From Candidatus Krumholzibacteriia bacterium (GTDB lineage Bacteria; Krumholzibacteriota; Krumholzibacteriia; WVZY01), in the NCBI GenBank assembly GCA_046754105.1, contig JBHHVD010000085.1:1-12817 (forward strand): a stretch of 12,817 bases of DNA. Direction: 5' to 3'. Made by a program: the position numbers and the translations under genes. The notes under the pieces were generated by a model. That model made no database searches. It was not told where the DNA came from and was given only the letters and a program-made list of their open reading frames with translations. Numbering within the stretch: the stretch's first letter is position 1; each line of letters starts with the position of its first letter. Positions 7,008-12,817 of this stretch are shown here, piece by piece.

Positions 7008-8294
7008 TTACTCCGCCGCACCGCGTTCCGTCGAGGCGGCGAGATAGGCGAAGATATCCCGCATCTCCTGGCCGGTCAGCACCGGCCACTTCTTGCCCTG
7101 GCTGAGCACCTTCTCCGACATCTTGGCCGCGTGATTGATCATCGTCGTAAGGACCGCGATCCCGGAACGCCGCATCGAGAGTCGCTTCGTCAGGTCGGGC
7201 CCGACCTCCCCACCGATGCCCTTGATCGCGTGGCAGGAGACGCACTGCCGATCTCCGAAGAGCTGCCGGCCATGTGCCGCGTCTCCCTTCGGGTCGATAA
7301 ACTTAATGAAATAGAGGTAGGCGATCAGGTCGGCCATCTCCTTGCCGCTGAACGTCGGCCACGCGATCCGTTCTTCCTGCATCGTGCTCAGCATCTCGGC
7401 GCCGTGATTCCACATGATCGCCGCGATATCCGTGGCACTCATGCTCAGGTCCACATCGTCCATTGCGGGGCCGGCGCCGCCACCCACGCCGTGGACCGAG
7501 TGACACCCGTCGCAACGCTTGCGCGCGAACACCACCTTGCCGTCGTTGGGGTTGCCCGGGGACAGGTAGATTTTTTCCCGCATCGTCCAGTCGCTCACGG
7601 CCCGGATGTAGGCGCTGATGTCGGAGATTTCCTGCCCCGTGAAACTCGGCCGTGCGATCCCCATTTCGGCCATCATCTTCTGCATCTTGGGACCGTGATT
7701 CCAGATCGCCTGGACGACATAGATCGGCGAGGCGTATTTCTTCAGGCGGTCCAGCCCGGGGCCACGATGGCCGCCGTTGTCTCCGCCGACGCTGTGACAC
7801 CGGAAGCATCCCTTGGACTGGAGATACTCCTGGCCGCGGGCCACGCTGCCCGGCGTTCCCAGGTACCGCAGGTAGTAGAGATACGAGATGAGGTGTGCGA
7901 CCTCTTCTTCGGTGAACTGGGGCCAGGCGAGGTTGGCCCGCTTGTACTCCACGACCATGTCGGGGATATGCCCCCAGAAGATGGACGCCAGGTCGAGGAA
8001 GCCGCCGTCGAAGTAGGACTCGGCGAGATCCGGACCGATGTCACCACCCGTGCCGGCGATGGAGTGGCAGGTCGTGCAATACTTCTCCTCAAAAACGATG
8101 CGGCCTTTCAAAGGCTCGGACGGCAGCCATTCCGAGTCGCGCTCCGCACGCGCCGCGCCGGGGAAAGAGGCGGCCGCCCCGAGCAGCATAACCGCCGATG
8201 CGGCCACAAGCCGGATACATCGTGACGTTTCGAAAACCTTGTGTCGCAAGTGTCCGTTTCCTTTCACGCGTTCTGGTCCGATCCGTCCGGGCAC
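7008..8294 (-). CDS. Exported cytochrome c made of four tandem class-I-like monoheme domains
   Basis: CTTCH (8078-8064), CFRCH (7808-7794), CDGCH (7514-7500) and CVSCH (7244-7230), each in a repeat G..(F/L)....C..CH...G.GG..GP.L....H...M......(W/R)P.....E...(L/I).(A/S)Y. Signal-like segment ends GAARA. The exact start is uncertain. Confidence 0.9.
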   Translation of the reverse strand: MPGRIGPERVKGNGHLRHKVFETSRCIRLVAASAVMLLGAAASFPGAARAERDSEWLPSEPLKGRIVFEEKYCTTCHSIAGTGGDIGPDLAESYFDGGFLDLASIFWGHIPDMVVEYKRANLAWPQFTEEEVAHLISYLYYLRYLGTPGSVARGQEYLQSKGCFRCHSVGGDNGGHRGPGLDRLKKYASPIYVVQAIWNHGPKMQKMMAEMGIARPSFTGQEISDISAYIRAVSDWTMREKIYLSPGNPNDGKVVFARKRCDGCHSVHGVGGGAGPAMDDVDLSMSATDIAAIMWNHGAEMLSTMQEERIAWPTFSGKEMADLIAYLYFIKFIDPKGDAAHGRQLFGDRQCVSCHAIKGIGGEVGPDLTKRLSMRRSGIAVLTTMINHAAKMSEKVLSQGKKWPVLTGQEMRDIFAYLAASTERGAAE

Positions 8295-8299
8295 GGACC

Positions 8300-8530
8300 T
8301 TATTCCTTCTTCCCTCGCTGCAGCCCCACGAACACGTACGTAAGCACGCTCGCACCGGTCAGGAATACCGGGATCGCCACCAGGCTGATCCCCACCGACG
8401 CCGTCTCCGCGTCATGCAGCGTGTTCGCAATACGGATCAGGTGGATAACCCACGCGGCGATGCCCAGAACGAAGATCCATATCCCCAGCATCGACATGAC
8501 CTGCAGTGTAAAGACCAGCCTGTTTTTCAT
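8300..8530 (-). CDS. Small two-TM membrane protein, 76 aa, probable accessory subunit of the redox complex
   Basis: Strong SD GGAGG; two hydrophobic helices with basic termini; fills the gap between the nrfD-like gene and the cytochrome with 13-bp and 5-bp spacers. Confidence 0.75.
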   Translation of the reverse strand: MKNRLVFTLQVMSMLGIWIFVLGIAAWVIHLIRIANTLHDAETASVGISLVAIPVFLTGASVLTYVFVGLQRGKKE

Positions 8531-8543
8531 TGCGCAGCCTCCG

Positions 8544-9902
8544 TTACGGCTTCCCTGCGTCAGGCTTCAGATCCGCCTTCCCGCCGCCCCCCGGCAGGTA
8601 GCTCTCGACCCTCTCCGTGACTTCCCTGACGCCGTGGCTCCTTCCCTCCTTCATCTCCCACACCGAGATGAGCGGAAATAGCTTGGAGAACACGATGAAC
8701 CCCAGGGCGAAGATGGCGATGGCTCCCACAAACAACGACCACTCCGTGTACGTCGGTATGTAAAACCCCGTATCGATGGGCAGTCGCGGATTGGCGAGGG
8801 AAGGAACCACGATGTTCAAACGCTCGAGCCACATGCCGATGACTACCGAGATGCTCGCGATCAAGATGTTGCGTATCGTCCGGATCCTGGGCGCGGCGAG
8901 GAGCGCCACCGGGATGACGAAGTTGGTGACAAGCATTCCCCAGAAAAACGGTGCGTACGTGCCCGTGAACTTGAACTTGATGACGCGTATCTCGTGGGGC
9001 TCGCTCCCGTAGATCCCGGTCAGATATTCCGAAAAGGTGAAGTAAAACCACAACAGCGACATGATCATCAGGAGCTTGCCGAGGTACGAGAAGTGAATCG
9101 GCTTGAGGAAGTCCTCGAGATGGAACGCCGTCCGGAACGCGATCATCACGATGAGCAGGGCCGCAATGCCCGAGAATATCGCGCCGACCACGAAGTACGG
9201 TCCGAAGATCGTGCTGTGCCAGCCGGGCTGGACGGTCATCGCGAAGATGTATGAGATCACGGTGTGGACGGAAACGGCGATCGGGATGACGATGACCATC
9301 ATCACCGTCATGCCTTTTTCCAGCACGTGTTTCTGGCGCTCCGTCCCGACGTAGCCCCAGGAGAGAAACTTGTACAGGGGACGCAGCCGCCCGCCGCGGT
9401 CGCGGAGGATGGCGATATCGGGAATCAGCGGCAAAAAGAGGTAAACGGTGCTGGCCATGAAGTAGGCGGAGATGGCCGTGACATCCCACAGCAGCGGTGA
9501 CTGCAGGCGGCCGGACGAAAACACGTTGAGGACCCTGTCGGGCCGGCCGAGGTCGATAATGGGATGCACGCCACCGATCAGGAGCACGATCACCGTGATG
9601 ACTTCCGCCATGCGCGTGATCGGCCGCCGCCATTCTGCCTGCGACAACCTGAGAATCGCGGAGATCAGTGTGCCCGCGTGACTGATGCCGATGAAAAAGA
9701 CGAAATTGACGATGTAGAACCCCCAGGTCACCGGGTGGTTCATGCCGGTCACACCCAACCCCAGCCCCACCTGGCGGCCGAAGGTGACGAACATGTTGAC
9801 CACCAGCAGGCTCAGGATGGCCACCAGGACCATCAGCTTGGGCGAGACCCGGTGCAGCGGTTTTAGCAGGGCTTCTTCGCGTCCCAGATCCGTCGGCGTC
9901 AC
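8544..9902 (-). CDS. NrfD/PsrC-family quinone-interacting membrane subunit (ActC/QrcD-like), 452 aa
   Basis: WGFYIVNFVFFIGISHAGTLISAIL, RMAE, DLGRP, SPLLWD, HTVIS, PGWHSTIFGPYFVVGAIFSG, GMWLER; about 10 hydrophobic helices; GTG start 1 nt after the upstream stop. Confidence 0.93.
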   Translation of the reverse strand: MTPTDLGREEALLKPLHRVSPKLMVLVAILSLLVVNMFVTFGRQVGLGLGVTGMNHPVTWGFYIVNFVFFIGISHAGTLISAILRLSQAEWRRPITRMAEVITVIVLLIGGVHPIIDLGRPDRVLNVFSSGRLQSPLLWDVTAISAYFMASTVYLFLPLIPDIAILRDRGGRLRPLYKFLSWGYVGTERQKHVLEKGMTVMMVIVIPIAVSVHTVISYIFAMTVQPGWHSTIFGPYFVVGAIFSGIAALLIVMIAFRTAFHLEDFLKPIHFSYLGKLLMIMSLLWFYFTFSEYLTGIYGSEPHEIRVIKFKFTGTYAPFFWGMLVTNFVIPVALLAAPRIRTIRNILIASISVVIGMWLERLNIVVPSLANPRLPIDTGFYIPTYTEWSLFVGAIAIFALGFIVFSKLFPLISVWEMKEGRSHGVREVTERVESYLPGGGGKADLKPDAGKP

Positions 9903-9903
9903 G

Positions 9904-10590
9904 CTATTCCCCTTCTTCCAGGTAGTACACCTTGGGCTCGGTGCCGAGATCCTCCATAATCCGCATCGCGCGGGTGCTCCGGCTGAGCTCGTAGACCTTT
10001 GTCGTCTTATCTTCCAGATCGCCGAAATAAATCGCTCGCGCGGGGCACGAATCCTGGCAGGCCACCGTGTAGTCCTCTTCTTTTACCGTCCGGCCCTCGC
10101 TACGGGCCTCCTCCCTGGCCACCTGCAGCCGGTGGTAGCAGAACGTGCACTTCTCCACGACTCCTTTCGGCCGCAGGGAGACGTCGGGATTTACGCACTG
10201 CTTGCGCTCGTCCGACCACTCGGGCTTGTACCAGTTGAACACCTTGACCGTGAACGGGCACGCCGCCATGCAGTAGCGGCAGCCGATGCAGCGGTTGTAG
10301 ATCTGCGCGACGAACCCTTCCTCGGCGCGGTAGGTGGCGCGGACCGGGCACACCCGCGTGCACGGCGGCTTATCGCAGTGATAGCACGGCCTGGGGATGT
10401 ATCGCACGCGGATATCCGGGTACTCCTCGCCCTCCGTCATCTTGATCATTTCCATCCAGAACATGCTCCGGTTCTCCGCGCTCAGTTTCGGCGACACCAC
10501 GGCCACGTTGTTCTCCGTCTTGCACGCCGCCACGCACGCGCCGCAGCCCGTGCACTTGTCGAGATCGATCACCATTCCCCAACGGGGCAT
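9904..10590 (-). CDS. Four-cluster Fe-S electron-transfer subunit (NrfC/QrcC/ActB C-terminal-like), 228 aa
   Basis: WGMVIDLDKCTGCGACVAAC, CYHCDKPPCTRVCP, CIGCRYCMAACP, EKCTFC...ACQDSCP (16 motif Cys), NPDVSLRPKGVVEKC and GTEPKVYY. Confidence 0.95.
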   Translation of the reverse strand: MPRWGMVIDLDKCTGCGACVAACKTENNVAVVSPKLSAENRSMFWMEMIKMTEGEEYPDIRVRYIPRPCYHCDKPPCTRVCPVRATYRAEEGFVAQIYNRCIGCRYCMAACPFTVKVFNWYKPEWSDERKQCVNPDVSLRPKGVVEKCTFCYHRLQVAREEARSEGRTVKEEDYTVACQDSCPARAIYFGDLEDKTTKVYELSRSTRAMRIMEDLGTEPKVYYLEEGE

Positions 10591-10591
10591 G

Positions 10592-12817
10592 TCACGTCGT
10601 CCTTTCGGATTTTCGGATCTTGACCCTCGTCGCCATCCTCACCGGCCGTCCCCACACGTCGTCGCTCATCTCGGCGAGGATCTCGTAGGGGTTTACACCG
10701 ACGCCCTTCGCGTAGCGCCCCCCCGACGTGTGGCCCTGGCCGAAGGGCACGGCAACGGTCTCGGGTTCGAGCATCTCGTTGAAGACCACGCGCGCGCCGA
10801 TGGATCCATGCTCGGAAGTGACCTCGGCCCGGTCGCCTTCCTCTATACGATGGCTTTGGGCCGTGTGCGGGTTCAGCTCGATCCAGGATCCCGAGTACAC
10901 GCGGTGGTAGTAACCGAACATCTCCTGGAGGAGCGGCGAGAACGACCCCGAGCCGCGCCGATTCGACAGCAGGCCGAAAACGACGAGGCTGTACGGGTAC
11001 TCTTTCTCGTCGCCCGGGAAACTCGGCGCCTCGAAGTGGGGCAGAAAGGCCGCATCACCCAATTCATGGATCCCCCACCGCGCGAGTCGCTCCTCCGTCG
11101 TCCCGGCGCCGTCCAGGCTCTTTTGCGCGAGCGCGGAGAGCCCGAGTGATATCCGGCCGTTCTCGGTCTGCAGCGCCTTGTCCACCGGCAGTTCGTCGCT
11201 TACCGGGTCCCACCAGCCGCCCCGTTCCACGAGCACCTTCCAGAACTCATCGAACGACTCGTAGACGAGGTTCTGCCATCCCCGCTCCTTCAGAAACTTG
11301 ATCCAGGTCTCTTCGAACGACCCGGAGACGACGGCGCCCTCGCCGGACGCGAAGATCCCGTGATACCGGTCCTGCAGCGCCGCGAAGAAACTCTCCTGGG
11401 AAAACGCCTTCGCCACGCTTCCACCCACCCCGTTCGCAATATCGATCAGGACGTCACCGGCGTTCTTGGTGTCGTAAAACGGTTTTACGACCGGCTGTCC
11501 GGCGCATGCGTGGCCGAAACGAACACCCGGCGTGGCGCCGCTGTCCATCCATCGCTCGAGATACGTGTGCTCCGGGAGGATGACGTCCGCGTATTCGCTG
11601 GTCTCGTCCATCAAACTCGCGAAGGAGACGACAAACGGCACCCTCTCGAGCACGCGGCCCATCCGCCGCGAGTAGGAATGGTCGAACGGCGGGTTCGTGC
11701 CGTAGACGAACAGCGTGTCTATCGGGTAGGGACTGGCGGCCTCCGCCGCCTCACAAAACGTGATCGCCCGGTCGTTGTGAAGTGGATAGCGATTGCCCAC
11801 GTCGTCGTACAGTGCGGGCTTGTCGAGCCCGGCTCGGGCGACCGCGTCCGGTGCGACCGGGTCGAGGGTCTTGTAGGGAGTGCGCCTCCGGATTCTCAAG
11901 CCGCCCTTCTTTTCGATATTCCCTACCAGCGCGTTCAGCGCGAGAACGGACAGCGCGTTGAAGAGGCCGTTCGTCCCGCCCGAGCCGTGACGCCCGATCA
12001 TCGCCACGGCGGGCCGAGTGCGCCCGAATTCCCGGCCCACGTCCACGATTCTCCGGGCCGGAACCCCCGTGATGCGGGCGGCGCGCTCCGGGTAGTAGTT
12101 CTCGAGCACGTGATACTTGAACCCGTCTCTCCGTTTCCCGTTCTTGTCGGTCCACGCCTCGAACCCGTCGACGTGTTGCCTGACGAAGGAGGCGTCGTAA
12201 TAGCGTTCCTTGATGACGACGTAGGCGACGCCGAGTGCCAGAGCGCCGTGGGTCCCCGGCTTGACGGGCAAGAACGTGTCCGCGGCGGCGGCGGTCAGCG
12301 AGTGGCGCGAGTCCACGAACGTGAACTTGCCGCGTCCTTGCCCCGCGCTGTCCCGCATCTTGCTGTACGCGTGGATCCCGTGCAGGGGGGAGGCGCCGTC
12401 CTCGAGAAAATCCGCGCCAAAGCTCAGCAGGTACTGCGTGTTCTCGATATCGTATTCGGGGACCGATTTCCACCCGAAGAGCATCTCGAACGGGAGATAA
12501 TCGGCCTGGCCCTCGTCGAGCGCCAGGAGGTTCCGTGACCCCACGGCCTGCATGAGGCGAGACGCCATTTCATACACCAGCCCCCGCTCCTCCGGCACGA
12601 AGAACGCAACGCGTTCCGGTGTCCCCGCCTCTCTCAAGCCGGAGAGCCTTCCTGCGACCTTCGCCACCGCCTCCTCCCAGCTCGCCGGCCGCCACCCGCC
12701 CCCTTTCGCGTCTCTGAGCAGCGGTTGTTGAATCCGGTCGGGGTGGTAGAGAAGATCCAGGCCGGATGCGCCCTGGGGACAAATGCCACCGTGGTTTATC
12801 GGGTGCATCGGGTTGCC
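10592..12817 (-). CDS. Molybdopterin oxidoreductase-fold large subunit (QrcB/ActB-like), 5' end outside the window
   Basis: Frame is open to the window edge (GNPMHPINHGGICPQG...LYHPDRI). Motifs SWEEA, PVKPGT, ALVGNIEKKGG, DETSEYADVILPEHTYLE, and a C-terminal barrel IELNP..A....IEEGD...VTSEHG...PFGQGH. Confidence 0.92.
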   Translation of the reverse strand, partial: GNPMHPINHGGICPQGASGLDLLYHPDRIQQPLLRDAKGGGWRPASWEEAVAKVAGRLSGLREAGTPERVAFFVPEERGLVYEMASRLMQAVGSRNLLALDEGQADYLPFEMLFGWKSVPEYDIENTQYLLSFGADFLEDGASPLHGIHAYSKMRDSAGQGRGKFTFVDSRHSLTAAAADTFLPVKPGTHGALALGVAYVVIKERYYDASFVRQHVDGFEAWTDKNGKRRDGFKYHVLENYYPERAARITGVPARRIVDVGREFGRTRPAVAMIGRHGSGGTNGLFNALSVLALNALVGNIEKKGGLRIRRRTPYKTLDPVAPDAVARAGLDKPALYDDVGNRYPLHNDRAITFCEAAEAASPYPIDTLFVYGTNPPFDHSYSRRMGRVLERVPFVVSFASLMDETSEYADVILPEHTYLERWMDSGATPGVRFGHACAGQPVVKPFYDTKNAGDVLIDIANGVGGSVAKAFSQESFFAALQDRYHGIFASGEGAVVSGSFEETWIKFLKERGWQNLVYESFDEFWKVLVERGGWWDPVSDELPVDKALQTENGRISLGLSALAQKSLDGAGTTEERLARWGIHELGDAAFLPHFEAPSFPGDEKEYPYSLVVFGLLSNRRGSGSFSPLLQEMFGYYHRVYSGSWIELNPHTAQSHRIEEGDRAEVTSEHGSIGARVVFNEMLEPETVAVPFGQGHTSGGRYAKGVGVNPYEILAEMSDDVWGRPVRMATRVKIRKSERTT

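Noticed and set aside
7131..8225. 364-aa plus-strand ORF
   Set aside because: Antisense to the well-supported cytochrome gene; no recognisable domain.
11360..12538. 392-aa plus-strand ORF, and similar shadow or alternate-frame ORFs such as 8560-9633, 9742-10623 and 10397-11149
   Set aside because: They overlap well-supported operon genes, have low-information composition and show no recognisable motifs.
1..12817. CRISPR array, IS element or rRNA
   Set aside because: No regularly spaced repeats, transposase or rRNA-like sequence seen.

Overview
The window has three blocks. (1) 1-1969 is one end of an integrated element (prophage, satellite or ICE-like) that is visibly less GC-rich than the rest. 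It carries a translationally coupled module of a short XRE/HTH repressor, a small membrane protein and a tyrosine integrase. The module abuts the 3' end of a minus-strand tRNA-Lys(CTT) at 1970-2045, the probable attachment site. (2) 2139-6265 holds host genes: ssb on the minus strand and a divergent, exported tricorn (S41) protease. (3) 6383-12817 is the 3' part of a tightly packed minus-strand respiratory operon. In order of transcription it encodes a molybdopterin-oxidoreductase-fold subunit (truncated by the window edge, apparently lacking cofactor motifs), a 16-Cys Fe-S subunit, an NrfD/ActC-like membrane subunit, a 76-aa membrane protein, a cytochrome built from four tandem monoheme domains, and a close homologue of tetraheme cytochrome c554. 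This Qrc/alternative complex III (ACIII) hybrid with two unusual cytochromes is the most interesting system here. All family assignments come from motif recognition by eye and recalled reference sequences; no database searches were run.
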